In this document: piece after piece, positions 28,746 through 41,519 of the stretch
Position numbering within the stretch: the first letter of the stretch is position 1
How the letters are laid out: every line of letters starts with the position of its first letter
Sequence record: NC_062582.1
Direction: 5' to 3' (one strand)
Length of the DNA stretch: 64,000 nt
Notes under the pieces: model-generated
The model's database searches: none
Seen by the model: the letters and a program-made list of their open reading frames with translations, nothing else
Told to the model about the DNA's origin: nothing
Made by a program: the position numbers and the translations under genes

Positions 28746-31700
28746 ATGAACAAAATTGACGTTATCTATAGTAAATCTAGCGGTTCGGGTATCCGTAAAT
28801 CTCTTCTGGGTTTTAATACCTGGGTTCGTACTGCACCCATGGTTCAAGAATCCATGACAGCTATCTGGATCGATGCTGACGCGGGTTGGATTAAAGACCG
28901 TGATTTGATTATGCCTGCTATCGCGCATAAGTTGGCAGAAGACGGTCATGACCCTTTCTATTTCCCGCACGTAATTCATCAAGAACCTCGTAAGGTTGTT
29001 GTGGATATTACATCCCGTGAATTGTTCTTCCATAAACATTCAAAGGAGTATCATGAAAAGCTGAGTTTTGGCGATGAGGAAAAAACTCACTTGTACCTCA
29101 AATATGATACCAATATACCAGATGCTAGTTCCTCTGTTGAGATCACAGACATCTGGTTGATCGGTAACCATTACACTGTGCGTAAAGCTAAACGTTACAT
29201 TGCTAACAAGCTTTCTAACAACAACAAATACCTAACCAATAACGACCTGTCGCGGGTTAAACAGCTCATTGGAAATGGTCGGGTGTACATGTTGTCTAAT
29301 ATCGGACGTGTAATTGATCTGGTCAATACCCGGCTGGTAGTTGCTGGAGGTTACATCCCAACTGAACGCGAGTTGATCTTGACTAATAGTCAGATCATTC
29401 ACACTGGCAAATTGGTTGAGCGTATTCACGAAACCAGCAACCTCGATAACGTGCTGCGTTCTGCAAACGGCAAATAGGAGATTCAATAATGAGACCAATC
29501 TATTACCTTCCAACTAGTAAGTCGATTGAAGAGTGCAAATTGGCATTGGGTGAAGGCGCCGAGTTGTTCCGTTTTTTCGAAGACGAACTTGGTCGTGTTT
29601 ATATGGTGTGCATTTGGTACGAAATGAAGTCGAGTCAGATTACTGCGCTGGAAAAAGCTTCGGAGATTCTTGATGAAGGTTACGCAGTACAGAACACACC
29701 AATCCGCGATATACCTCCTTATGGCGTTGCTGTAGGTGGCTTCTTGTGGATAGCGCATCGCAAAGGTCATGACCATTTCATTTTCGATTTGGAAGATAAA
29801 GGTGTGACTCTAAATTGGGCAGATGCCTCTAAATTCCTAGTCACTCCACAAAGCCTGAACGTACGTAAGTTTGTTTTGGTGGGTGAAGGTAATGCCCTCC
29901 GTAACACTCGGCGATGGATCAAGCGACAACTTACCGACGGGCACAAAGAGTTCCAATTAAGGAAACTTGAAGAAGTCCGTAAACGTGCCAACAAATACCA
30001 ATTTAGTTTGTTGGTCGTGGTTGATAATGGTATTGTGATCGATCTAAGTAAAACGATTCCTGAAATCATTGATCGTCGTAATGCGCCTCCAAGTGTCTTG
30101 GTTCAACTTCTTCACGAATACACCGTTGTTGGTGTACAGGGAACATGCACTTCAGTAAAAACCCCTACCCCTCTAGTAAGCGTACTTAACCAAGTACATA
30201 CCTTCGTCAACGAAGAGGTGTTCTGAAAATGAACGCCTTGGAGTGGGAACTGAATTGGATTGATAATAATCCAGATCGATACGAAGGACCCCTCCATCGT
30301 GAAGCAGTTAAGCGTTTCATTACTGAAAGGTATGAACAAAAGGGATTGATCAAAGGCGATGTAGTCTACCTGAAGAAAGGTACGGTCTACAAATACCTCG
30401 GACAGTCCCTGGGAGCTGGCTGGAGACGCGATGAACGTTTATTCGTATATTGGGATGCCGATAAGAATCAACTCTTCCATCGAGAACGTGATGACTTTAA
30501 CGAGGCTATGAAACTATGACAATGGTGTTGTTTATGAACTGGCTGGTCGCCGGTCTCTGGCTGATAACTGGGTATTCTTTTTATGTCTTTTTGACCATGT
30601 CGCGTAGTCAAGCGCGCGGTTGGGAAAACTCGGTGTGTTTGTCGCATCGGGTTAGTGTTGGGAAAGATCCAGAAATACTTGGTAATGTCCAACGTCTGAC
30701 AGTGTACCTGTGTATTGCTTCAGTTGTTATGACTTTTATCCTTTCTATGGTGCATTTGGCTACAGGTACCTTTTCATGATCAGTGCGACCGTAATGAACA
30801 TGGTGGCGTTTTGTTCGTTTGTAACAGCGTTGATTCTCGGGTTGGTTGCTTATGTGGGTAGTCGTAATGCTCCATGGGCAAAACTAAACACCGATGGTCA
30901 AACTGTCGTTATCGGCAGTGCAATGTGCGCAGTTGTAGGAGTCATTGCACTTGTAGTCAGTGTTCTTGAATTCCTTCAAATCATTCCAACGGTGGTGTTG
31001 TAATGGCTAAGTTTATTCTTGAGTTAAATGCAGTTGGTTGGTATCAAGCAAAATACCTGCATCGTAACGAAGCGAAAGAGTTTTTATTGGTAGGTTACAA
31101 TGACCTAGATAAAACACCTCCGTACGATGTCAACTCTCAGTTACGTACTGAAGTGATCAATGACTATTATAACAAACCTATTATAGCTTTGTTACAGGAC
31201 TCTGGTCGTGAACGGGTCAGTGTCAACATGGTGCGTGTTGATGAAGGTAGTTTGTCGCTGTCTGGTAAATACAAAATTTATCGGGCTTGGAATGTAGCAA
31301 TGCATCAATCAGAAGAACGTCTTATCTGGACTCCAATTCAATAAAAGGAAAGTTGTATGTACTCGTTGAACTATGCTGGTGTTGTATTCAGTAAGTCTTA
31401 TAATGAGGTCGTTCGTGATCTCATTGCCGACAATAAATGGTCGGAAGCTGAACCCTTCCATTTCAAACTGAATAATGCCGATCAGGAAGTTAGTTCTGTT
31501 GTAAGCCGCTCGGTAGACTCGATGGAACTTTCTGGTCTTATCACTTTGCTGCATGACAACGGTGTTCCGCATCGTTTGTTCACAATCCCGAAGTACGAAG
31601 CTCGTGTTCTGGAATCGTTTGCTGCTCGTGGGGAACGTTTGGTGGTGCATCATCGTCCTCGTGATATGATGTATCAATTAGACTATCCTAGCGAAGGTGA

Positions 31701-32356
31701 GTCCGCGCGGTTGTTTGGATTGGCGAATGCCTTTAAGGCTGCCTTCAATATGGACCCTTGGGTGCCGATAAAGTCTATCGTCGTGGTAGGTCCTCATTGT
31801 GAAGCGCGTAAGTTGTACCGGTGGTTAGATTGGAGTCTTCGTGATAATAAGGTTCTCGGTCATTACGAATATCACGGTCTCAATGAACGTCTCAAAATGG
31901 GTAAAGTGTACATCCAGACTCATGAAAATGTTTGGCATGTATTTGCAAGTGATTGTGTTTATGTTGGTGAAGTAACGGGTGTACTGGATGCGGAATGTTT
32001 CGTAGCTAATATAAACGGTTTCAGTCAACACGGTGTTGTATACGAGGACCCTAACGATGAAACAGCTTAAGCTTGCTGCCTATGTAAACCGTAACAGTGA
32101 ACCCCTCTGGATTCAGTTTGATATCGGACGTAACTATTCGGTTTCAACTGAAATGTCTGAAGGTAGTGTAGTTGCCAACTTTGATGATGGTATTGCATTG
32201 CTGGCGGACATTAAGATGTTGCGTTCTGAAGTGATGCGTAAGTTGGTAAATGCACAGGGTGGTTCCATTGTGTTCTTTCTATACGAGATTGGACGTTGTG
32301 ATTCCACCAAACCAATTATCAGTAACGTTGTAGCCCAACGCCTGTATAAGTTTTAA
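28746..32356 (+). other. operon of hypothetical CDS: 28746..29477, 29489..30226, 30229..30519, 30516..30779 (TM), about 30776..31003 (TM), 31003..31344, 31357..32070, about 32057..32356
   Basis: Contiguous + strand ORFs; TAAATAGGAA leader; terminator GCCTCCC-GTGAT-GGGAGGC-TTTATG at 32368-32392. Confidence 0.7.
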
Positions 32357-32410
32357 ACCCTATAAATGCCTCCCGTGATGGGAGGCTTTATGCTGTCTGA
32401 AGGTAATATC

Positions 32411-33659
32411 ATGAAAAAGCACAAAAGCTCAGTCGTTTCTGTTGAGATTCGTAAAGTAGATCCACGTGAGTTTGAAGCACGCGAACTGGTAGAGTGGTTG
32501 AAGTCCCTACCTGTTGGAACCGAACGCGACGCAGCTGTTTACCAAGAAACGCTTTCAGTTTCCAATCTTCGTGGTGGTGTACGCACACTTAAAGGTTTGG
32601 CTAATTTTCTGTATGACCTTAAAATAAAAGATTCGCAGTACGATTTTCTTCGTGTCTATCACGATGCAGAGCAAACAAGTGTCACCTATATGGAGCACTT
32701 TAATGAAGGTGCTCCCGGTAAGTTCTTTACTGCGGTCTGTACTCAGTACTTTGATCACATCGTAGATGCCTTCATTTGCCTCAAGAACCGTTACGAATCC
32801 ACTCAACCAGCAAAGACTACCTGATATGAACACCAATAAAAAGCTGGAATGTATTATCGGTCACATCATGGCAACCCGTGAAGACTTCAAAGATACCTTG
32901 GATACCAAAGACCTTCCTGAACATCGGGAGTTCTTGAAGACCAATGTCGAAGTCCTTGGTGAGCGTCGCAAGGTACCCGGTCCATCCGGGTTATTCTACT
33001 TTGAGCTTCACCGTTTCATTCGCCGTATGATCAAGACCGATGAAGAAATCGAAGCGATCTGCGAGAAAGTTGAAGCGCTTAAACAAAACCAATTTCACTA
33101 AGAGGTAATACCGATGAACTCCACTACTTACATGTTGAAGCACACTGACGCTTTTATTGCAACGGTGTTTGCAAGTGCACCTAATTTAATTGAAGCGTAT
33201 TCCGGATTGGTTTCGGCTTATGGTAGTAATGTAGACCAGTATCGGGATTACTGGGAAAGTCATGGTCTGGTTTTCAATAAGGCTCAGATTATCTATTTGC
33301 TTACCTATACTAACATGATGGGGTTTACACCAAAACACATGTCTAAGGAATGGGTGTTGTTGAACTACGATGCCTATCAACGTCTTTTGCCTGATAACAA
33401 CCCAGCTAAAGACGATCTGGATGCGATTGTAGACGTTATAGTCCAGAACCAAGACAAGTTCAACCAGGAACTCGACATCAGTCGTGTATTGTATCCTAGG
33501 GACTTCCTGATGGATAACCTGGCTCAGCTGGAAACTTCTATGGTCGAGCTTGATGGTGAGTTCGGTCTGTTTTGTAAGTGTGTTGTTCAGTTGGCAGGCG
33601 CTATTCTCACAGCGGAACAAAAAGCGCGGGATACCCTGAAAGTATTGAAAGCTGTTTAA
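32411..33659 (+). other. three hypothetical CDS: about 32411..32824, about 32826..33101, 33114..33659
   Basis: Contiguous ORFs with SD-like leaders. Confidence 0.65.
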
Positions 33660-33694
33660 CAGCTATATAACTGTCCCGTAGTACAACCCAATCA

Positions 33695-34699
33695 TTGATA
33701 ACAGGAAATTTCAAAATGACTATTCAATCCGTACGTGTCGTATCGAAATCCATCGCTACCTGCGAGCGCTTCAAACAATGGCTTACTGCCAATGCCGAAT
33801 ACCATCAGGGTGAAATCGATATCCTCGAAAACGATCCGGTGTTGTTTGCTTTGCGTAATACACATAGTGGACTGTTACTGAAAATCAAAGGCGCTCCAAA
33901 AGACTTTCTGTCGCTGGTGATCTATACTGGTCTCAGTCGTCATATTGCTGTACGATATCTGGAAAACGTTATCGAAGATGATGGCGATGAATATCTTTCC
34001 GCATTGAACAGCGATACTTTTGAACGCAGTGATCTACATCGCGCCCTTGAGTGCTTTATGGCTCGTTGGGATTCCCTTACACCTGAAGAAAGTATTACCA
34101 CTCAACCAACCATTGATACCCGTAAGCGTATCATCGATATTCTTCGTTCGCATAATACACCGAATAAACCGAAGCTCGACTTTACTCCGATCGACGTCAC
34201 CATGACTCCTAAGGATATTCGTATCATTCTTGGTGTTAAAAAGATGGCGCGCCAGATGAATGACGTATGTCAACAGCAGTTTAACAGTAGTGGTCATCTA
34301 CGTGAACTGTTGCTGCGTACTAAACACCTCGATACTCGTGTAGAGTACATCGATGCTGATGGTGCTAAAGCGATCAGCCCTACTGTTCGTAAGTTGTGTG
34401 AAGATCTGGGTGTAGCTGTATTCGAGACTAGCAACACGGTTAAACCCGAACGTCGTGATCACTTGTCGTATGCAGTAAAGCGTTCAGTCGATAGTCTTCC
34501 AGATGTAGCTGGTATGGAGACTGTATTTGAAAATGGTAAGCCTGTTGGTAAGTACGCTGAAGATGGTTATACCCTTGGTACTGAAACTGTAGTTGCTGCT
34601 GCTATGGAATCTCGTCCTGGTGTTAAACAGTTGCCTGTAGGTTATACCGGTAATAAGGACAATCATGGTTTTGGTAGTCTTGATCACTGCAATTGGTAA
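33695..34699 (+). CDS. hypothetical protein (~325 aa)
   Basis: Likely start at the ATG near 33717 after CAGGAAA; TATATAAC box at 33664; terminator at 34725-34750. Confidence 0.75.
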   Translation: MITGNFKMTIQSVRVVSKSIATCERFKQWLTANAEYHQGEIDILENDPVLFALRNTHSGLLLKIKGAPKDFLSLVIYTGLSRHIAVRYLENVIEDDGDEYLSALNSDTFERSDLHRALECFMARWDSLTPEESITTQPTIDTRKRIIDILRSHNTPNKPKLDFTPIDVTMTPKDIRIILGVKKMARQMNDVCQQQFNSSGHLRELLLRTKHLDTRVEYIDADGAKAISPTVRKLCEDLGVAVFETSNTVKPERRDHLSYAVKRSVDSLPDVAGMETVFENGKPVGKYAEDGYTLGTETVVAAAMESRPGVKQLPVGYTGNKDNHGFGSLDHCNW

Positions 34700-34811
34700 G
34701 TTCTACTCAGTTGCTTAATGTAAGGAGGAGTTGAGTACTCCTCTTTATTTCTTTTATATAAGCAATAGTGGTAGGTACTACCATTTCATAATCCCTAGAT
34801 AGGACATTACA

Positions 34812-36924
34812 ATGTCTATTAAGAAATACTTCGATGTTGATAGACAGCAGAACTGGTATATCCTGACTGTTAAACGAACAAAGAATAAAAAGGATGAAGA
34901 CGTAGATACCATCATGCAAGTACAACACCTAGGTAAGTTAGGTATTGGTGTTATTGCAATGATGCTTGACTACGAAGTCTGGGAACGCTGTTTAGACTCA
35001 GGTGACTATGATCTCTACTTTAAGGTAACTCCAGTATGAAGCAGAAAACCCTAGCTGTACCACTTTCACTGAAAGAACGTGTGATGGCGATGTATCCAGA
35101 GGAATTGGATAAATTGATCACCGGCATTAACCATGCAATTGAAACAATGCCTTTCCATGGGGAAAGCCCTTCAATCAAATGTTCTATCCAACTACATATT
35201 CCTGTTGATGTATGGCAGGTAGTAGTTGAGCACTATGCGTTCTTCAATTGGACTCTTAAGAAAGAAACAGAAGAACACAATATCCATAACCTCGTTATCA
35301 CTCATATCAAGCTTAAGGACTTTGTCAAAACTGCGGATACCTCACCTACACCCGAGAGTTTATTTCACAGCAACCCGAAGAAAACTGAAGCCTTACGCAG
35401 TTTGATCGCTCACTGCGATAGTGAATTGAAGGCGGCAGTATGGGATGAAGATGCGGCTGGGTACCTTGTTGTGAGTAATGATCTCATCGGATTGTCCACT
35501 GAGACGTTTGCTGCTCTTGCGCAGCATTACACTAAATCTGGTTGGATGATCGGTGTTCGCTTCGTCAGCCTTATCTTTAAACCTCTTTAAAACAAAGGTA
35601 TCAAAATGTCTATCCCAACTTATGCAGATCGTATCGCGGCAAAATATGAAACCCAATACCCGCTGATTAAAGAGTCTATTAACAGCGCTATCTTGACAGG
35701 GTATACCCATACCAGTTCAAACGGGTTTACCTACTTCATTGCTGGTGTTGGTGAAGGTTGGCCAGAAGAAGAATTGGTAAATTATCTTATTAAAGAATAT
35801 GACCAAGCTGGTTGGATTCTGGAATTCGAGTGGGCAGACCGTGATGCAGAAGCTGGTCGCGTAATCGTTGAAATTTATAAGAAAGCGGAGTAAGTAATGG
35901 ATAAGCACATCATCATTAACAAAGCAGCACTCACCAAGGACTCCACTATCGCATTGAAAACATTGCTTGATGAGCTGGTATTGAATACCACTCACAACGC
36001 AATTGTGATTGGGGTTAAGTGGGAGGAATTCGATACGCAAATCTACATCACGATTTCCCAAGAAGCGAGCTTTGTAATTGGTCATGATGTATTGTTGGCT
36101 GTTTTCTACAAGGCTTTGAAACAACTGGAAGTACAGTACCCAGCTTTTAAAGGTAATATCCGTGTTAGTGAACGTGATGCACGTGATTACCATGGTTGGT
36201 TCTCTACTACAGATGACTGTATTCGTTTTAACGTTGCTCGCCAAGATCAGTACATGTTGCGTGAATGTTACGATGCGCAAGGTGCACGTGGCCATGTAGG
36301 GTTTTCCGAACTGAAGCGCATCACCGGTATTCGTGTATTTGGTGAACCTAACCAAGCACGGAAGGTACTGAAACGTGTCACTAAGGAAGCCCACGCAAAG
36401 TTGAACTTCATTGATCTGCGCCCTGGTTCGGATATCATGAATCTTTGTGGTTCCCGTGTAATCGTTTTGGTTGAAGCCACCAACGGTCATTTCCAAATCG
36501 TTAACGACGGTGTTCCTGTATCGGAACTCGAAGTTTACAATGCAGCACGTAGCCCCTACAAGAACGTTGATTACAGTTTCTTGTACAATCACCCTCTGTT
36601 TCAGTAATGCCGCACTATAGCCTTTTTATCATCAGCTTCTTATTGACATTCAGTTCCGTGTTCTTGAAGAGTTTCCAGGTCAAGAACATGGTAGGTGGTC
36701 AGTACTGGTTGATGTTTGTAACGGCTTTGGTGTTGGGCGCATTTGAAGTGATTGCACCACAGGTCTCTGTAAAGGGTGGACTATGGTTGATTCTGACCGG
36801 TTCACTTGGAGCAGGGACTGCAATCGTTTTGGGTGTAAAGTTCCATGATGTATTGTTTAAACCAAAACAACGCATTAGCACCATACCAAAATCTCCAAGA
36901 ACTTTTAAAAGGAAAATACAATGA
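34812..36924 (+). other. five hypothetical CDS: 34812..35039, 35036..35590, 35606..35893, 35897..36607, 36607..36924 (multi-TM)
   Basis: Contiguous, coupled ORFs. Confidence 0.7.
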
Positions 36925-37709
36925 CTCAAAAGAGCGATCGTTTTACCATCCATGCACGTTGGGGTAACTTGCCTGATAGGAAGAAACAAGATGCCTTGAA
37001 TAAAATCATCGAAGCCACCATTAAGAAGATCAAGACAGATTTTCCAAATGCTGGTTTCAGTGAACACTACACTGATCGTCGGGATAACTTCACCACGTCT
37101 AAGTTGGACGTGGTCTTTGACCAACGTGTTTGGGTTCATCCAAACAGCGGTCGTTATGACTACAACAGTTTTGTTGGCGCTGTACGTGCATTTGATACGC
37201 TCCTTAAAGAGCTTCCATCGGAGTGTGGTGTACATGGTACCTACAGTACTACCGATACAAAGACGCCATGGGTCCAACGTGCTGAATCCCGTTCCCTGGG
37301 TTTGGTTGTACGCAGAGGTGTATCGGTTGTTGAGCTAGACCAAAAGGTTCTGAAGCGCATCAATTTGAAATTCCTTGGCATGGATAACTACGTCCAGAGC
37401 TTGAAGTTGGTTGGTGAACCTACCGAAGTGGCAAAGGTATATGCTTCTCTGCGAGTACACAGTCGGGAGCGTAAGACCGATTTCTACGGCATGCTTAACA
37501 AAGTAATGTACAACCACCGTAACACACGTTGGGCGATTGTTCTGAAGAACGACAACGACCGGACTTTTACCTATGGTCATTCTGTGACAACCCGCGTCGA
37601 CATTACCTTGGATACTATCTTCGGTTACGAGCGTCCGTTGGAACTTCTGGTACAGCAGTATGTAAATACCACTCCATTCGGTAGTGACCTGTACGTCCTA
37701 TCTGTTTAA
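36921..37709 (+). CDS. hypothetical protein
   Basis: AAAAGGAAAA SD, 262 aa. Confidence 0.75.
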   Translation: MTQKSDRFTIHARWGNLPDRKKQDALNKIIEATIKKIKTDFPNAGFSEHYTDRRDNFTTSKLDVVFDQRVWVHPNSGRYDYNSFVGAVRAFDTLLKELPSECGVHGTYSTTDTKTPWVQRAESRSLGLVVRRGVSVVELDQKVLKRINLKFLGMDNYVQSLKLVGEPTEVAKVYASLRVHSRERKTDFYGMLNKVMYNHRNTRWAIVLKNDNDRTFTYGHSVTTRVDITLDTIFGYERPLELLVQQYVNTTPFGSDLYVLSV

Positions 37710-37740
37710 TAACAACCCAAATAATTAAAAAGGAAGTAAG

Positions 37741-38469
37741 ATGCAAGTTTCACAACAAGAAATGAAAACCGGTTATGCTGTTCGCCCTTTGTTTGACATG
37801 AACCGTCCAACTAATACAGACGAGTTTCTCAATACCTGTAAAGAACTTCGCGCGTATATGGCCGACTATACCAACACATCAAATGTGCCAAGCGGTGCAA
37901 AAGGTGGCTGGTATGCAGTCGTTACTAAACAGACAGGTAAAGTCTGGTTGGCCCACACGAAGAATCTGCAAAGTACGCTGACTCGTTTCCGTACGTCAGG
38001 TGTTATGCCTAAAGAATTGAAAGGGTTGGTATCGGAAGGTCTGGCTTTATTTCTGACCACTAAAGATATCGATGTTGATCAACTGCGCTTTGCGTTGGAA
38101 GAAACCAACAGTCTGCTGCACCGTGGTACACGCACTAATAACGGTTCTGGGAAGCTTTATGTGGTAACCCATACTTCGGGTCATTACTATCTCACCAAAG
38201 CACGCACCGAGACTCAGGGGGAACACAACATCCTCACTCGGTTCATTAGTCGTGTGTTGGATCTGAAGCAAAGTTTCAGTCATCAGACTAACCACAAACT
38301 GCAACAGTTCGTTTCGGATCATGCTGGTGATCTATTGCGTGAAACTGGTTTCGAAGTTCGAGAAGTTGCCGACTTCAAAAACTCCGACGAAGCTGTGGAG
38401 TTGATGAACCAGTATTACATCGATCAGACTAACCTGATCTGCTTGAACCACGTATTCGATAAACGTTGA
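37741..38469 (+). CDS. protein with two degenerate GIY-YIG-like modules
   Basis: GWYAVVTKQTGKVWLAHTKNL and KLYVVTHTSGHYYLTK; terminator GGGTTCC-TTCG-GGAACCC at 38478-38495. Confidence 0.4.
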   Translation: MQVSQQEMKTGYAVRPLFDMNRPTNTDEFLNTCKELRAYMADYTNTSNVPSGAKGGWYAVVTKQTGKVWLAHTKNLQSTLTRFRTSGVMPKELKGLVSEGLALFLTTKDIDVDQLRFALEETNSLLHRGTRTNNGSGKLYVVTHTSGHYYLTKARTETQGEHNILTRFISRVLDLKQSFSHQTNHKLQQFVSDHAGDLLRETGFEVREVADFKNSDEAVELMNQYYIDQTNLICLNHVFDKR

Positions 38470-38560
38470 CATAAACCGGGTTCCTTCGGGAACCCTTTAC
38501 TCACCGGCAATTACAATATGTAAACAAGGTGTATTATAAACTCTAAATAGGAACTCTTAC

Positions 38561-39971
38561 ATGACTACACAAGCAATGACAACCGCCATCGTCCCTACGC
38601 CGGTGATGACGATGATTATCAAACGTCTCTCTGACTTCACTGTCAAACGTTTGTCTGGTATTAACAACATTCCCCATCTATGCGTAAAAGTACGCCATGG
38701 TGATGGCTACTGCTGGTTTGGTATTAACGTATTGCATGTTACCGATACTCGACCATGGACAGCTGAAACTGCACGTCAGGTAGAAAAAGAATTTACCGAA
38801 GCGATGCACAAAATCGTAGACTTGAAAGAGATGATGACCGAGGTTCCACGTCTGATGGATTCCTTGCAGGATATCACTACTGGTCGCCGTCGCCCAATTA
38901 TGTTCGGCACAGGCTCCAATGAAAAGATTCAAATTACCGCAACTAATAACATCCAGATTGAAGTATATCGTGAAGCGGTTAAAGACGAATCGCTAACGTA
39001 TGGTGGTTATCTGTTTGAACTCACTACCTACGATCATCTGGGTCATTCTACAGATCACGCTTTGTTTGTTTATCATCGAGGCGTTATTCTTTACAACAAT
39101 GCTTCAGCCGATGAGATTGCAGAGTTTGCAATTACAGAACTACGCAATGCTTTCCCTGAACTGGAATATGCCAACGAGATGGAGATCCATTTTGTTTATC
39201 AAGTAGACCGCCAAAGGAATCGTCGAGAAGTCAAATGAAATCACAAAACCTAGTAGTAGATACAATCCGTGATTGGAAGTGTGGTCGACTACTGGGTGAT
39301 GATTCAGTAGAGGTCAAAGAGCTGGAATATGCAACACTTTCATTAGTGACGCAAGATCCTGAGTACTACGGTAATCCGGAATACTCCATGACGATCCTCT
39401 GGGATAACTACTCTCCAATTGATGACACTAATCCACGCAATGAATTGATCAACCAACTTATGCGTTCTTTTGTACATCACTGGTCATTGACTATTAAGGC
39501 CATCCGTCATGAAGGTTTAACTACCTACATTGATTGTAAGACTACTTCTAAAACCCAGAACCAATTCGGTTTCGACTGGATTGACATCAAAGCTCCTAAG
39601 GCAGATCTTGTATGAATTCATTGAAATTGTATTTGTGTCAACCTCGTTTCGATTTGATGACAGACAAAGAAAAACAACTGGCACCGGAATACGACTGCTA
39701 TCGCGGTTATGTAATTGCGGCAACTTCTCAAGAAGAAGCACTTTATAATTGTCCCCGGCGCGACATAGCTATTCGTGATAATACCTGTGAAGGTCTTCTT
39801 GATTCTGGTCTACCTGTGTTTGCCGATGAGTACAACGCCTTTATCAAGCAGGGTGGTGAAGTACGCGATGATAATGGCCAGGTGCTATGGACAGCGAAAT
39901 CAATCGGTCTAGCTGACATGTCGCAATATAAACTGCTCGATATTGTAATCTCGGACTTTAAGGCGGGGTAA
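38561..39971 (+). other. three hypothetical CDS: 38561..39238, 39235..39615, 39612..39971
   Basis: TAAATAGGAA leader and ATGA overlaps. Confidence 0.7.
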
Positions 39972-40167
39972 AACATTACCCAAGTGGTAATGATATGTAG
40001 CAGCAATGCACGAACGCTCTTTAACAATTTAGTTACATGACGCGGTAGGTTAGAGTCCTATCAACCACGGGGTCCGTAATCGACTGATCCCAACGATAAA
40101 GTTTTAAACAATTAACCCTGTCTTCGGATGGGGTTTTATTCCGTCCACCTAAAAAGGAAATTCCAAA

Positions 40168-41355
40168 TGACTACCGAGATCAATAAAGAATACGAAGCGG
40201 CTGTTGCAGGTGGTTACACGGGTACCCGTAGTGAGTACATCGCTTCCAAGAAAAAGAAACGTGATTACTTCAACGAAGGTCTCAACCTCCTAATTCTGTC
40301 AGGTGTTATCACATTGCTGTTTAGTGTTGTGGGTAGTGCCTTTGTCGAACATTACATTGATAAAACATCTACAAAACTCGAATACTGGGCGATTGTCAAT
40401 TTCTCAGTACTGGTAGGTCTTTTGGGCGCACACAATGTATTCAAGCGTAAGGATGCATGATGAAGCATATCGAAAACTTTTGTTATTTCGTGATCGTTGC
40501 CATCGCTGTTACATTTGCCTATTACGCCACGCGTAAGTCGTTTAATGTTGTGGATGGCAGCATTCAAAGCATCGTTGATTTTATGCTGGGATTTATTACA
40601 TACAGCACGTATCTGATTGTGGCCACTATTACCTGCAATAACTTACAGAAGTGGTTTAAAGCAGAACACTGGGACAAACTTGAAGAACTTAAAAAGGTAA
40701 AGAAAATTGATTAAGAAGTATTGGAAACACGGATTGGTAGCACTACAACTGGTTCTTTGGATTGTCGCTGCGTATGCAGTGGTATCACCATTTGGAACTT
40801 GGCTTCCTAATAAACCTAATTGGGTAGACTTCTGGGTCCTTGTAATCTTTGGTGGACTGGCCGCCTGGATTGGCGGTAAGATCATGGGCTATGACAAAGA
40901 AGATCCAAAGAACCCTAAACCACCAAAGAATGGAAAATTCGCATGAAACTCTTTCTTCATCAAATGGCTATGTGGGTTGTACTGATCCTCACTAGTATCT
41001 TGATTCCAATGATTAATGTACCTGTTGAGTTTGGTGGAACGGAATTTAAATTCTACGTCGAATTCGCCAGTCGGGCATTGTTGTTGGTGGGCTTTGCTAT
41101 TTACTATCGTTGCTTCCTTGAATGGGTCGGCGTAATTAAGAAGGTGGGCGCATGAAAGAGACATCTACTTGGATTTCGTCACTGCTCGTGGTTATCTGGT
41201 TTGCATTCATGTTTTACATGGTGAATGTCAGCAAGATTGAAAGTTCGGGTTTCCCAATTAAAACGGGATTTATGGAACTCTTTGCGGCGGTGTTCTGGAC
41301 ACGTGTAATGGTTTGGGTAAATACAGCACAACGTAAATACTTACTTAGTCTGTAA
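40168..41355 (+). other. cluster of small membrane proteins: about 40168..40460, 40457..40714, 40707..40946, 40943..41155, 41152..41355
   Basis: Each ORF has two hydrophobic helices; overlapping starts/stops; bounded by terminators at 40114-40140 and 41476-41506. Confidence 0.65.
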
Positions 41356-41519
41356 TTATATGTGAGACAACACGTCCAAACATTCTTAGAGGTTCTCAAA
41401 GACTATCTCCCCAAGGAGGGTCCCCGTCACCAATAGTTTTACCTTGGGTGCTTTGATCGAACCTCGCCTATTCTTAAGCCCTGCCTTCGGGTGGGGCTTT
41501 ATTCCGTCAGGAGCAGTGC

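Noticed and set aside
39972-40110. Complete tRNA or tmRNA gene
   Set aside because: D-like and T-like arms are present, but there is no acceptor stem, anticodon arm or tag ORF; kept only as a low-interest finding.
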